A stretch of DNA of 64,000 nucleotides, from positions 4,448,001 to 4,512,000 of the forward strand of contig OZ271854.1 in the NCBI GenBank assembly GCA_965601925.1, in the 5' to 3' direction. How positions within the stretch are numbered: position 1 is the stretch's first letter; every line of letters starts with the position of its first letter. The position numbers and the translations under genes were made by a program. The notes below the pieces were generated by a model. That model searched no databases. It was not told the origin of the DNA and worked only from the letters and a program-made list of their open reading frames with translations. This stretch comes from Alkalispirochaeta sp. (GTDB taxonomy: Bacteria > Spirochaetota > Spirochaetia > DSM-27196 > Alkalispirochaetaceae). Below are positions 1 through 9,727 of this stretch, piece after piece.

Positions 1-546
1 ATAGTTGAGACGCATACTCGCATCGTTCCACGCCTCTTGCGGCAGTATCGCCGCGACATCGCGCTCGAGACGTTTCGGGTCGCCGGCGTCGCTAAAAGCG
101 AGGCGGCGCACGACCCGGCCGAAGTGCGTGTCCACAATAATTGCCGGTTTGTCGTAGATGTGAAGCAGTACGACACCGGCCGATTTGCGGCCCACCCCGG
201 GCAGCCGAACCAAGTGTTCCATCGTATCGGGAACGCGCCCTCGATAGTCCTCTGCAACGGCGCGCGCCGTCCCGATGATATTTTTTGCCTTCTGACGAAA
301 GAAACCCAAGGAATGGATGATATCCTCTACCTCCGACAGGTCCGCTCCGGCAAGCGCCTCCGGTGTAGGAAAGCGGCCGAATAGCGCCGGTAGCGTGCGG
401 TTCACTGCGTCATCGGTCGTCTGCGCCGAGAGAATGACCGCAATCAGAAGCTCGAACGGCGACCGGTAGTGGAGCAAACTCGGAGCGTCGCGATACTCCC
501 CACCGAGGATCGCGAGAATGGTTTCGAAGCGTTGGGTATCGTTCAT
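1..546 (-). CDS. nth: Endonuclease III (DNA glycosylase/AP lyase), 3' end runs off the window
   Basis: Not in the ORF track. Manual translation from ATG 546 gives MNDTQRFE...SPFELLIAVILSAQTTDDAVN...LVRLPGVGRKSAGVVL...AIIVDTHFGRV, with the HhH-GPD motifs. Confidence 0.95.
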   Translation of the reverse strand, partial: MNDTQRFETILAILGGEYRDAPSLLHYRSPFELLIAVILSAQTTDDAVNRTLPALFGRFPTPEALAGADLSEVEDIIHSLGFFRQKAKNIIGTARAVAEDYRGRVPDTMEHLVRLPGVGRKSAGVVLLHIYDKPAIIVDTHFGRVVRRLAFSDAGDPKRLERDVAAILPQEAWNDASMRLNY

Positions 547-618
547 ATACTCGCGGTACAATGTAACAAAAAACGGGCCTCTCCCAAAGACGGCTACACC
601 GCCGTCCGGGAGCGTATC

Positions 619-647
619 TTGACCGTACCATCGGCCTTCCCTATACT
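619..647 (+). promoter_or_regulatory. Sigma70-type promoter of the tRNA-Pro/tRNA-Arg pair
   Basis: TTGACC (619-624), 17-nt spacer, TATACT (642-647), 11 nt upstream of tRNA-Pro. Confidence 0.8.
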
Positions 648-658
648 CTGGTGTCTTT

Positions 659-734
659 CGGGATGTAGCCTAGTGGCTAAGGCGCCTGCTTTGGGAGCAG
701 GAGATCGCCGGTTCGAGTCCGGCCATCCCGACCA
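659..734 (+). tRNA. tRNA-Pro (TGG), CCA encoded
   Basis: Cloverleaf CGGGATG...CATCCCG-ACCA; anticodon arm CCTGC-TTTGGGA-GCAGG; T-loop GGTTCGAGTCC. Confidence 0.97.
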
Positions 735-735
735 T

Positions 736-809
736 GCGCCCATAGCTCAGCCGGATAGAGCATCGGCCTTCTAAGCCGAGGGTCGGAGGTTCGAATCCTC
801 CTGGGCGTA
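736..809 (+). tRNA. tRNA-Arg (TCT), no encoded CCA
   Basis: GCGCCCA...TGGGCGT-A; anticodon arm TCGGC-CTTCTAA-GCCGA; GGTTCGAATCC. Confidence 0.97.
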
Positions 810-815
810 AAACAA

Positions 816-848
816 GAAAGCCGTCCTTTCGGGCGGCTTTCCTCGTTT
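816..848 (+). terminator. Intrinsic terminator hairpin after the tRNA pair
   Basis: GAAAGCCGTCC-TTTC-GGGCGGCTTTC followed by a pyrimidine-rich tract. Confidence 0.75.
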
Positions 849-929
849 ACGGGGCCTCGGGAGAGCTCGAACAGCAGCCGGCGCCGAACGATAGCGAGGA
901 AGAGGCGCCGGGATGGCGCCGGCAGTTGC

Positions 930-1388
930 TTAGACCGTCTTCTCGTACACGAAGAGCGTCTTTCCTTCGAACACTGTAGTCCCGGCGTGCGCATACCCCA
1001 CACTCTCATAGATATGCCGACCTATTACGTTATCCTGAAAAACGTCAAGCCACACGCGGCGCCTTCCGAACTCTTCGCGACAGATCCGATCCACGAGCCT
1101 CACAGCGCGCTTTCCGTAGCCTCTCTCGCGCTCTGAAATAACAATACGTCGGAACTCGAGACTCCGACCGTCGGGATCGAGGGCGAGTATCAAGAATCCT
1201 ACCAGCGATCCCCGTTCGCCATAGATCGACTTATACCGTACCTCGTCGATCGCGAACTGCTCTCGATGTTTTGAGAGGGTGTAAGGGAAAATGAATCGTC
1301 GTACTTCTTCGGGTTTCTCCATCTCATGGAAGGCTCCGAGTTCGTCCTCTACGGCGTTATCGATTTTGATTTGCGCATCTTCGGACAT
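930..1388 (-). CDS. GNAT family N-acetyltransferase
   Basis: ERERGYGKRAV acetyl-CoA motif; VWLDVFQDNVIGRHIYESVGY; GGAGGAG SD. Confidence 0.85.
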   Translation of the reverse strand: MSEDAQIKIDNAVEDELGAFHEMEKPEEVRRFIFPYTLSKHREQFAIDEVRYKSIYGERGSLVGFLILALDPDGRSLEFRRIVISERERGYGKRAVRLVDRICREEFGRRRVWLDVFQDNVIGRHIYESVGYAHAGTTVFEGKTLFVYEKTV

Positions 1389-2040
1389 TGAGACTCCTCC
1401 GGTAGCATAGCATGGAGCTGACCTGCAGACCGAGGCGTGAGGCTATATACCGGCGCGAGCTGTCCCTCCGGAGGTCCCTCTTTCCGATGGAAAAGGCCGT
1501 TATGCAAATGAACCGCCGGAATATCTTCACCGATTCGATGGTAACTTTTTTGGTCCCACCACGCGATCCCGTGGGGAGACGGAATGTCAGGTTTGTAGTC
1601 TTGTACTACTGTAATTTTCTCTACATTTCCAAACAGAGGCCGCGGACCGGATATGAAGGGAGACTCGTCAAAGCCGCCGGACGCTTACCCCAAGGCTGCG
1701 AGCGCTCCAGACGCCTACACGCCCCTCATCCCGTCGGAGATGCACATGGAGAGGTGAGCGCGGCAGTTCGTAAAAAGAACACGCCGTGACCGCCCACCCA
1801 CCCAACGACTTGTCTCTTACAAAAACTCCATATGAAGTGCGCCATACGCGCTATGCAGAAGGAAAAAACGATTCTTACACACAGATGTTGAGGTATTCTG
1901 CACGACGCGTACAAGAATATCCATCAAACCGACGAAGAAGCTGAGTCGGGTGATCATTCGTACCCATATCTTCATATCATTCAGTCATCAAAGAATAGAG
2001 AGGGAGTCCGTCCGAAACAAAAAGTCGTAGGGGGGCAAGA

Positions 2041-2862
2041 ATGAAAAAAGTAATCGCTATCGTCTTCACGGTACTCGTCGCGCACGGGGTTGTCGCCGAA
2101 GACACGATGTCGCTTTCGGACTACTACGCACCGGCTTTTTCCTCCGGCGGTACCGTGCTCACCGGTCAAGCTCTCAGAGACGCACTTCACGATATCATCG
2201 ACGATCACCAGCGTTTTCGGTATACACACCGAACTGAAAGAGACGTCTGGGACGCCCTCATTGAACTCGACCGCGATCCTTCCAACCCCGACAACGTCAT
2301 TCTGATTTATACGGGAAGATCGCATCCGGCAGTCGATCGAGACGGGACTGATGGAAGTGACGGCGATTCATGGAATCGCGAACACACGTGGCCGAGCTCA
2401 TTAGGCTTCGGGTCCGATAGCTGGGTACCGTACACCGATCTCCACGCGCTAAGAGCCGCAGATAGGTCTACCAATACCGATAGAAGCAACTTAGACTACG
2501 ACTACGGGGGCGATGCGCACGATGAGGCATCAGACGCTCGATTTGATGCCGATTCATGGGAACCGCCTAACGAAGTTAAGGGCGATATTGCTCGAGGTCT
2601 GCTTTATATGGCGATTCGGTACGAGGGTGACGTCGTCGGCGAGCCCGACCTTGAGATCGTGGAAGACCCATCGATAACCGATTCGTCCTCTGACGGCATC
2701 GGGACGATCGCAAGCCTTTCTGCACTTCTTCAATGGCATGAGGATGACCCACCGGACGACCGCGAGCGTCTTAGAAACGAGCGTATCTATACCAACTGGC
2801 AGGGCAATCGAAACCCGTTCGTTGATCACCCTGAGTGGGCGGCGCTCATAAACTGGAACTGA
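2041..2862 (+). CDS. Secreted endonuclease I family nuclease (Bsn/EndA-like His-Me finger)
   Basis: Signal peptide; WNREHTWPSS, TDLHALRAAD, KGDIARGLLYMAIRY, QGNRNPFVDHPE motifs. Confidence 0.9.
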   Translation: MKKVIAIVFTVLVAHGVVAEDTMSLSDYYAPAFSSGGTVLTGQALRDALHDIIDDHQRFRYTHRTERDVWDALIELDRDPSNPDNVILIYTGRSHPAVDRDGTDGSDGDSWNREHTWPSSLGFGSDSWVPYTDLHALRAADRSTNTDRSNLDYDYGGDAHDEASDARFDADSWEPPNEVKGDIARGLLYMAIRYEGDVVGEPDLEIVEDPSITDSSSDGIGTIASLSALLQWHEDDPPDDRERLRNERIYTNWQGNRNPFVDHPEWAALINWN

Positions 2863-2953
2863 GCGCACCTGACTATCGATTTGATACGGGTGATCAATCC
2901 TCGATACCGTCCTGCACGTTATTGGCTCCGCGTAAGAAACGGGAGGTTGATAG

Positions 2954-3889
2954 ATGCGAGTACCAGATCTAACCAAACCAAATACAATCAAATCAAAAAT
3001 ACCATTGTATCCTGCAGCGGCTCTGGCGCTGTGGACAATTATGTTCTTGTCGTCATGTTATGTCGATCGAACGGAGCCACCCAGAGAGCAGGAGCTAACG
3101 CGATCGTTGGAACAATACTCCGAACCAGAGCCCGAAGAGCGCTTTCGCGAGCTACAAGAGGCCCGGGAATCCTTGGAATCAATGACCGAAGAGCGTGAAG
3201 GTGTTCCTTCTGTGATAGAGGAGATCACCGAATCATCACAACCCGCAGCAGCTGGAACCGACGCAACCACGCGCCCACCACGGTCCATTCCAAAAAGCGA
3301 TTCTGTAGCACCGGTACCTCGCAATGCTGTTGATCTGCTCTTGGAAACGCTCGATTTTGCCCCCGTCGCATTCAACGCACCGGAGGAGATGAATCTTGGT
3401 CAAAATGGTAGAATACTGGTAGTAATAGATCCTGCCGGCGACTTCGCTGAGTTTGATGAGTTCACTAGCCGAATAGGTGAAATCGTAGAGGACGAAGTTC
3501 AAGTCACAACAAAGATGAGTGCCGAACTCTCCGGCACACTCGGTCTTCAAGTCAATCCTACAGGCCCTCAACCGCAGTTGATGACGATGAAGGAATCTAC
3601 AAAATGGTGGTGGGACGTGACCGCGATCGAACGCGGTTCACAAACACTACGACTCACCATTCGCGCGCATGCGCAGATAGAAGGTTTTGATTCAAGGCGA
3701 GACCTCGAAACCTATCACAGGGAAATCGACGTCAGAGTTACCGTTGAGCAACGAGTTTTGGGATTCATTCGCAGAAACTGGGAATGGCTTTGGACAGTTC
3801 TCCTAGTCCCAATCGGTGGATGGATTTGGGCCAGACTACGCCGACAAGCGCCGATGGATAGGACACCGGAGGGAGGCGACCCTGAATAG
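2954..3889 (+). CDS. Hypothetical lipoprotein with beta-rich domain and C-terminal membrane anchor
   Basis: GGGAGG SD; hydrophobic segment ending FLSSC; C-terminal WEWLWTVLLVPIGGWIW then basic residues. Confidence 0.7.
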   Translation: MRVPDLTKPNTIKSKIPLYPAAALALWTIMFLSSCYVDRTEPPREQELTRSLEQYSEPEPEERFRELQEARESLESMTEEREGVPSVIEEITESSQPAAAGTDATTRPPRSIPKSDSVAPVPRNAVDLLLETLDFAPVAFNAPEEMNLGQNGRILVVIDPAGDFAEFDEFTSRIGEIVEDEVQVTTKMSAELSGTLGLQVNPTGPQPQLMTMKESTKWWWDVTAIERGSQTLRLTIRAHAQIEGFDSRRDLETYHREIDVRVTVEQRVLGFIRRNWEWLWTVLLVPIGGWIWARLRRQAPMDRTPEGGDPE

Positions 3890-4472
3890 GACATCTCGGA
3901 AAGATGCTTACGCCTTCGCCAGGTACCTTGCCTCCCCCACTCGTTACACGTGGAGGAGGCGCCCGTGCTCGGATGGCACTCCGCGTGTCTCCATCACCTG
4001 CCGCATGACGTTGAATGATAGCGTTGCTCCATTTTGCAGCGTTCCCATTTTCACCCCTCTTTTGACGGCAATTACCGGGGCGAGCAAGAGGCACGGTTAC
4101 ACATAAACCATAAGCACGAATGCCGTTGCTGCCGGGTCAATAGTTACCCATACTCCACCAAGCATCGAGTCTGTCGCGACCGAATCAACAGCCGGGTAAT
4201 CAACACACTGAAGAGGACGGCCGGTATCGGCACAAAAAAGTGCACCGCTGTTCCCGACAGCCTCACATAGCAGGAAGCTGCGATGAATTGGACCTTGACG
4301 AGTAATCGATGATCTGAAGGAGGTCAGTAAGGGTTGGCGGGCCATGGAGCAAACGATTGACTACGGCGCGGTCACTTGTGTCTGACTAAACGGGCAGCGG
4401 CGGTAGTAAATCCTTCTCCGCGAACATGTTATGAGGAGAGAACCTCGTTCGGCGTCAAGCACTTTGAGACCC

Positions 4473-5006
4473 CTATTTGAGTTCGCGCTTCATTGCCCCG
4501 GCAGAGACTAAGGCTACGCGAACGTCATCATGACCAGATTTCAGCCGCAGACTTCGACGCGTGCCGGCCGTTGTCAGTAGTTCGAAATCACCATCGGAGT
4601 CGTCGAACGAGTGTATGTCAGTCCAATATAGCGGCCCGATGAAGCCGCATACTCCGTGGCGGTATACACCCGCGATAGAAACCATGCGACGACCATGAAG
4701 TATGGACGCCCATCCAAAAATCGCGAACGCTCCTGCAGGAATAGCCGTGAGCGGTTCGTTAACGATTCCCATGATTATCGCGCCCGCGGTGAGAAAAACA
4801 TACATCACAACGCGCACTCGGTTCCACTTCCCTGCTGGAACTGCATCAGCAGGGAGCTCTCCAATGAGTTCACCTAGTCTTGTCAGCAACCGCCGGCGTG
4901 AGAGTCCTTGGACCACGAGCACGAAGGCGAGCCCGAGTGGAACGAGCAAAAACCGTCCGACAAGGAATGCAAAGGCGATGAAGCTGTTTAGCGTTAGGTC
5001 ATTCAT
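4473..5006 (-). CDS. Hypothetical membrane protein (about 3 TM)
   Basis: Open frame with three hydrophobic segments; ATG 5006 preferred over TTG 5078. Confidence 0.55.
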   Translation of the reverse strand: MNDLTLNSFIAFAFLVGRFLLVPLGLAFVLVVQGLSRRRLLTRLGELIGELPADAVPAGKWNRVRVVMYVFLTAGAIIMGIVNEPLTAIPAGAFAIFGWASILHGRRMVSIAGVYRHGVCGFIGPLYWTDIHSFDDSDGDFELLTTAGTRRSLRLKSGHDDVRVALVSAGAMKRELK

Positions 5007-5727
5007 GACGTGCGATCGTTTGAACATACATCGGTTGATGATATCAGCCAACTCTAGGGATCCTTGCACATCAAACAAGCGACATGCCTATCTTGCTCGT
5101 AGTACTTATCAGGAGACCAACTTGAGATGGACCTGGAGCGACGGAGAACTCTAGCCGAAGCCCGACGTAGAGTTCGTAGGTAGCCGCGGGGCTGACGGTG
5201 TTGTGCAAGGATTACAAGACGGGGGGCGAGGCCGCGCGGGTGGTGTTGACGTGGTGGGAGATCGGAGTGGAGCGATGTTAGGTGAGACGCAGCGAAATCC
5301 TACCCGCGGGGGTTGAGACCAAGTTGAGGCTCACTAACGGCCGACTGGGCTTACTGATAGCTTTTAGCGTCATTTCCTCCATGCAGTCGTAGTGCTCATC
5401 GTATCTGTCCGGGGCCTAATAAAACGTGCTAAGTACCACCAAAAACCTCACGGAGCAAATACTGTATCGTGAACGTGTGCAGCTTCGACTTCCGCGACTT
5501 GATCTTCTCTTAGCTTGCTGCGCATATTTCGCGGATAGAAGATAGCCCCCGGAGAAACACCGGGAAAGACGAGAACAAGAGTAGGATCGACAGCCGGTCC
5601 ACATCGAGGCCGGGGACGAATCGCCATAGTAAAACTCGTCGGTACGCAACCGACGATCGAAATCACCGCGTTGGACCACGGCGTATGGACCATGCGACAC
5701 AGTTTCATCTCCACATCATATTGCGCC

Positions 5728-6633
5728 CTACTCCGCCACCAAGAGCAACACCTCGGGGCGATACTCGAAATGAACGTTGTCGAAGAAGAGCCACTTCCCT
5801 CCCCAGACAAAACCCTCCGCCTCAAAGGCGTCGACGACGGTCTGCGGGACGCTCCAACGCTGATTGAAGGACAGCTCCCACCATTCCGAGACGCCACCGG
5901 CGGCCGCCCACTGCCAATAGCCCCAGCCACCGCCCCACGAGGCGGGGATAAGGTCGACCGCCATCCCGTAGGCGTGGTAGCTGCGACGCATGGTTCCGGA
6001 GATGGTACGCCAGTTGTATCCGTGGACGGCATCCAAGCTACGAACGAACGCGCGAGTCTCTTGATCCTCGAGCATTGCGTTTCTGACGCGCCGCTCGACG
6101 CGACGCAGGGGACCGACGACGAGGGGGTGGACGCGGGTCGCCATTCCCAGAAACTCGACGCGCACTACCGTGCGTTCCGCATCGTCCCTCGAGGCGATGC
6201 CGTACAAGTTATCGAGAAAGTGGTTAAAGCGGAGCCGGCTGTCATTGCGTCGATTACGCGTGCGCTGGATCAGCAGTTGCTCCAGCTGGGGAGTGATCTC
6301 TCGCTCCCGCCACACACCGATTCGATAGTTGCCGTAGAACCGAATCGGAACGTACTCTCGCCACCGGGCGTCGCGGCGTTCTTCCTGCGGGAGCAGTCGC
6401 CCCTCGGCCCAATAAAACCACCTCCCGTTCATCGACAGCGCCCACTCGCCGCCGCGGATCTCGACTGCTTCGATACGGTGAGGAAACGCCGCCTGCAATG
6501 CGAGTACCTCGCGCTCTCCCGGTAGCGGACCGTCGGTATGGAAAGGATCGTTCGAACGGACGGATTGCGACTCCAATCCACGCACCGAACACACAATAGC
6601 AAGTATCACCAATATGGGGCGGAGTCGTGTCAT
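5728..6633 (-). CDS. M15 family metallopeptidase (D-Ala-D-Ala carboxypeptidase-like), exported
   Basis: Zn motifs RSYHAYGMAVD and WGGKW...DNVHFEY; signal peptide from ATG 6633. Confidence 0.9.
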   Translation of the reverse strand: MTRLRPILVILAIVCSVRGLESQSVRSNDPFHTDGPLPGEREVLALQAAFPHRIEAVEIRGGEWALSMNGRWFYWAEGRLLPQEERRDARWREYVPIRFYGNYRIGVWREREITPQLEQLLIQRTRNRRNDSRLRFNHFLDNLYGIASRDDAERTVVRVEFLGMATRVHPLVVGPLRRVERRVRNAMLEDQETRAFVRSLDAVHGYNWRTISGTMRRSYHAYGMAVDLIPASWGGGWGYWQWAAAGGVSEWWELSFNQRWSVPQTVVDAFEAEGFVWGGKWLFFDNVHFEYRPEVLLLVAE

Positions 6634-6672
6634 CGCAACAATATACCCGCCGCCGGTCGGTTGCGACACCCG

Positions 6673-7374
6673 TCACGGAATCGCAAGATACACAACCTTC
6701 CCGCTCGGACGGCCCGAATCCTCATCCACCACGTCCAGTGTATCGAGAAGGTGCCACCCGGCCTCGGCGAGGAGCGGGTCGATCTCTTCGACCTCCCACG
6801 GCCTCTGGCGGTGCTCCTCTCGTCCGAAGGGAAACTCGAAGATCGTCGTCGCAATGGGCGGCGGACCGGCGTCGTACAAGAGCTGTTCGCGAATCGGTAT
6901 GCCGTCGACGAGACGGTCCCGGACCGCCCGGTGTCGTTCCGGCGGATACATCGAACGATCGTTGAGATCGATCAGAAGCAGCCCGTCGTCGGTAATTACG
7001 CCTCGCGCGGCTGCAAAAAAGCGCAATAGCTCATCCTCACGGTGTATGTAGTTTAACGAGTCGTATACGGCCGTTACCAACTCGAACGTTTCGTCGAAGG
7101 GAACAGGGTCCCGAAGGTCGCCGATTGCGAGACGCGCCCCCGGCACGCGCAGTCGAGCGATGTCGAGCATCGTCGTCGACCGGTCGTAGCCGGCGATCCG
7201 CCGCCGATCGGCCAAATGGTTGAGGAGGAGCCCGGTACCGCACGCGGCGTCGCACACGCGGGAGAAACGGCGCTCGCTCTCACGCTCGATATCGGCGATG
7301 AGCTGGGCGACGTAGGTGCTATAGTCGCCCCACCCACTGTCGTAGAACTGTGCGAGTAGTTCGTAGGGTTCCAT
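6673..7374 (-). CDS. Class I SAM-dependent methyltransferase
   Basis: VCDAACGTG motif I, GYDRSTTML, YDSLNYI. Confidence 0.9.
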   Translation of the reverse strand: MEPYELLAQFYDSGWGDYSTYVAQLIADIERESERRFSRVCDAACGTGLLLNHLADRRRIAGYDRSTTMLDIARLRVPGARLAIGDLRDPVPFDETFELVTAVYDSLNYIHREDELLRFFAAARGVITDDGLLLIDLNDRSMYPPERHRAVRDRLVDGIPIREQLLYDAGPPPIATTIFEFPFGREEHRQRPWEVEEIDPLLAEAGWHLLDTLDVVDEDSGRPSGKVVYLAIP

Positions 7375-7451
7375 CGCGCTCCGGCCGATTTACGTCGAGA
7401 GACTCTGCGCCTCGAAGCGAACGCGACGGCCGGATTCCCCGATCCTTCGCA

Positions 7452-8660
7452 CTACGTGATGATCTCCATCTCGCGTGCCACCCTTACGAAGGCGTCGACG
7501 GCACGGTCCACTTCGTCCGGGGTATGGGCCGCAGACATCTGGACACGAATGCGCGCCTTCCCGCGCGGCACGACCGGATAGGCGAACCCGATGACGTAAA
7601 TGCCCCGCTCCAAGAGGCGTTTCGCCATCTCGACGGCCTTCGATTCGTCGTAGATCATAACCGGCACGATGGCCGTCTCCGTGGGGAGCACGTCGAGACC
7701 CGCCTCGCGCAATCGACGTGAAAAGCGTGCGGCGTGTTCCAGAGGCAACGTAAGGCGCGTGTGGTCCTCGTCTACCAACTGCAGGGCGCGCAGTGTCGCG
7801 CCGACGATCGCCGGTGCGAGCGTATTGCTGAACAGGTACGGCCGCGATCGCTGGCGCAGGAGTTCGATAATCTCTCCGCGCCCGCTCACGCACCCGCCCG
7901 ATGCACCGCCGAGAGCTTTGCCGAAGGTCGTGGTGATGATGTCGATCGCTCCTTCAAGCCCGAAGTACTCCGCGGTCCCCCGTCCGGTGGGGCCGAGGTA
8001 ACCGGTTGCGTGGCAGTCGTCGACCATCACGAGCGCGTCGAACTCTTCGGCCAACCGCACGATCTCCGGCAGACGCGCGATATCGCCGTCCATGGAGAAG
8101 ACGCCGTCGGTGGCGATGATACGATACCGACTCCCCGCTTCACCCGCCGCCTCGAGCTGGTTTCGCAGATCTTGCATATCGCTGTGGCGATACCGATAGC
8201 GCTTCGCTTTGCACAACCGCACCCCGTCGATAATCGAAGCGTGGTTGAGTGCATCGGATATGATTGCGTCTTCCTCGCCGAGCAGCGGCTCGAACACGCC
8301 CCCGTTGGCGTCGAACGCCGCAGCGTAGAGGATCGTATCGTCGGTGCCGAGAAAGGTGCTCATCGCCGCCTCGAGCTCGCGATGCAACGCGGTCGTGCCG
8401 CAGATGAAGCGTACCGACGCGTATCCGAATCCCCAACGCTCGATGGCGTCGCACGCCGCCTTGCGTAATTCGGGGTGGTTCGCGAGGCCGAGGTAATTGT
8501 TGGCGCAAAAGTTCACGACCTCCGCGGTCTCGCCGGTCGGGGCGGCTACCGCGATCGACGAGCCTTGGGGAGTGGTCAATATCCGTTCGTGTTTGTAGAG
8601 TCCCTGCCCTTCCAAATCGGCAAGCAGTCGCCTCAAATCATCCTTCATCGATCCAAACAT
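7452..8660 (-). CDS. kbl: Glycine C-acetyltransferase (2-amino-3-ketobutyrate CoA ligase)
   Basis: NFCANNYLGL, SVRFICGT, DALNHASIIDG, TFGKALGGASGG (PLP Lys), RQRSRPYLFSN; GGAGG SD before ATG 8660. Confidence 0.95.
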   Translation of the reverse strand: MFGSMKDDLRRLLADLEGQGLYKHERILTTPQGSSIAVAAPTGETAEVVNFCANNYLGLANHPELRKAACDAIERWGFGYASVRFICGTTALHRELEAAMSTFLGTDDTILYAAAFDANGGVFEPLLGEEDAIISDALNHASIIDGVRLCKAKRYRYRHSDMQDLRNQLEAAGEAGSRYRIIATDGVFSMDGDIARLPEIVRLAEEFDALVMVDDCHATGYLGPTGRGTAEYFGLEGAIDIITTTFGKALGGASGGCVSGRGEIIELLRQRSRPYLFSNTLAPAIVGATLRALQLVDEDHTRLTLPLEHAARFSRRLREAGLDVLPTETAIVPVMIYDESKAVEMAKRLLERGIYVIGFAYPVVPRGKARIRVQMSAAHTPDEVDRAVDAFVRVAREMEIIT

Positions 8661-9618
8661 GGGTCGCATCCTCCAGTCGCGTCGACAGTACGCTCAACAT
8701 GTCGCGGCTCATCGCATCGAGATTATAGCGCGGTTTCCATCCCCACTCCACGCGCGCCGCGTAGTCCTCCAAACCGTTGGGCCACGAGTTGGCGATCGCT
8801 TGGCGCACGGGATCGACGTGATACTCGATCTCGAACTCCGGAATATAGCGTCTGATGTAGGCGGCCTGTTCCTCGGGACAAAAGCTCATCGCCGTGACGT
8901 TGAATGCGTTGCGGTGGCGCAATCGGGCCGGATCGGCATCCATGAGGGTCAGCGCGGCGTGTACCGCGTCGGGCATGTACATCATGTCGAGATAGGTGTC
9001 GCCCTTGAGGAAGCATTCAAATCGCGCCGTTCGTACCGCCGCGTAGTAGATGTCTACCGCGTAGTCGGTGGTGCCGCCGCCGGGCGGCGTCTTATTGGAG
9101 ACGAGTCCCGGATACCGTACACCCCGCGTATCGACGCCGTACTTCCGAAAGTAGTAGTCGCACAACAGCTCGCCGGCGACCTTGGTCACGCCGTACATCG
9201 AGGTGGGCCGTTGGAGCGTGTCCTGGGGCGTCCAATCCTTGGGTGTGCTGGGACCGAAGGCTCCGATCGAACTGGGGGTAAAGACGGCGCACGTCTCCTC
9301 GCGAGCGATTTCCAGGACGGTCATGAGTCCGTTCATGTTGAGATCCCACGCAGCTTGCGGCCGAGCCTCGGCGGTCGCCGACAAGAGCGCCGCAAGGTGA
9401 AAGATCGTGTCGATACGGTGACGCCGTACGATCTCGGCGAGCTCTTTACCGTTAAGAACGTCCGAGAGGTAGAACGATCCGAGACGTGCGAGCTCTCCGG
9501 TGACGTCCTCCCGAATATCGGTGCAAACGACCTCTTCGGCGCCGTACTCGGTACGGAGGGAGAGCGCGATCTCACTGCCGAGTTGCCCCAGCGCGCCGGT
9601 GACTAGAATTCGTTTCAT
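8638..9618 (-). CDS. tdh: L-threonine 3-dehydrogenase, SDR/GalE-like type
   Basis: ILVTGALGQLG, HLAALLSA, PSSIGAFG, YGVTK, PGGGTTDYAV, DMMYMPD; overlaps the kbl start. Confidence 0.9.
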   Translation of the reverse strand: MKRILVTGALGQLGSEIALSLRTEYGAEEVVCTDIREDVTGELARLGSFYLSDVLNGKELAEIVRRHRIDTIFHLAALLSATAEARPQAAWDLNMNGLMTVLEIAREETCAVFTPSSIGAFGPSTPKDWTPQDTLQRPTSMYGVTKVAGELLCDYYFRKYGVDTRGVRYPGLVSNKTPPGGGTTDYAVDIYYAAVRTARFECFLKGDTYLDMMYMPDAVHAALTLMDADPARLRHRNAFNVTAMSFCPEEQAAYIRRYIPEFEIEYHVDPVRQAIANSWPNGLEDYAARVEWGWKPRYNLDAMSRDMLSVLSTRLEDATHVWIDEG

Positions 9619-9646
9619 CCATCGCCTCTTGAGAGTTATAATGCGT

Positions 9647-9727
9647 TTGACAGAGTGTTTATTCTCGAAATACACTATATCAAACACAAGTTTGATATAG
9701 TGTAACCGTTCGGTACGGCACTGTCAA
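9647..9727. promoter_or_regulatory. Two face-to-face sigma70 promoters sharing a perfect palindrome (probable XRE operator)
   Basis: + strand TTGACA(9647)-N18-TACACT(9671); - strand TTGACA(9727)-N17-TACACT(9704); TACACTATATCAAAC-ACAA-GTTTGATATAGTGTA at 9671-9704. Confidence 0.8.

Noticed and set aside
37..384. + strand 115-aa ORF in the track
   Set aside because: Antisense shadow of nth, which the track missed because it runs off the window edge
1412..1914. ORFs 1412..1789 (+) and 1726..1914 (-)
   Set aside because: No motif, no clear SD and atypical composition; treated as non-coding or decayed DNA
3890..4472. Short ORFs in several frames
   Set aside because: Only short fragments with no recognisable family; cannot support a gene or pseudogene call
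5113..5328. 14-bp near-identical direct repeat GAGACCAA(C/G)TTGAG at 5113 and 5315, with an internal hairpin and a GTTAGGTG core
   Set aside because: Two short copies only, no terminal inverted repeats or transposase; not enough for a MITE, attC or CRISPR call
5416..6032. ORFs 5416..5700 and 5448..6032 (-)
   Set aside because: Overlap the M15 gene out of frame or have implausible composition
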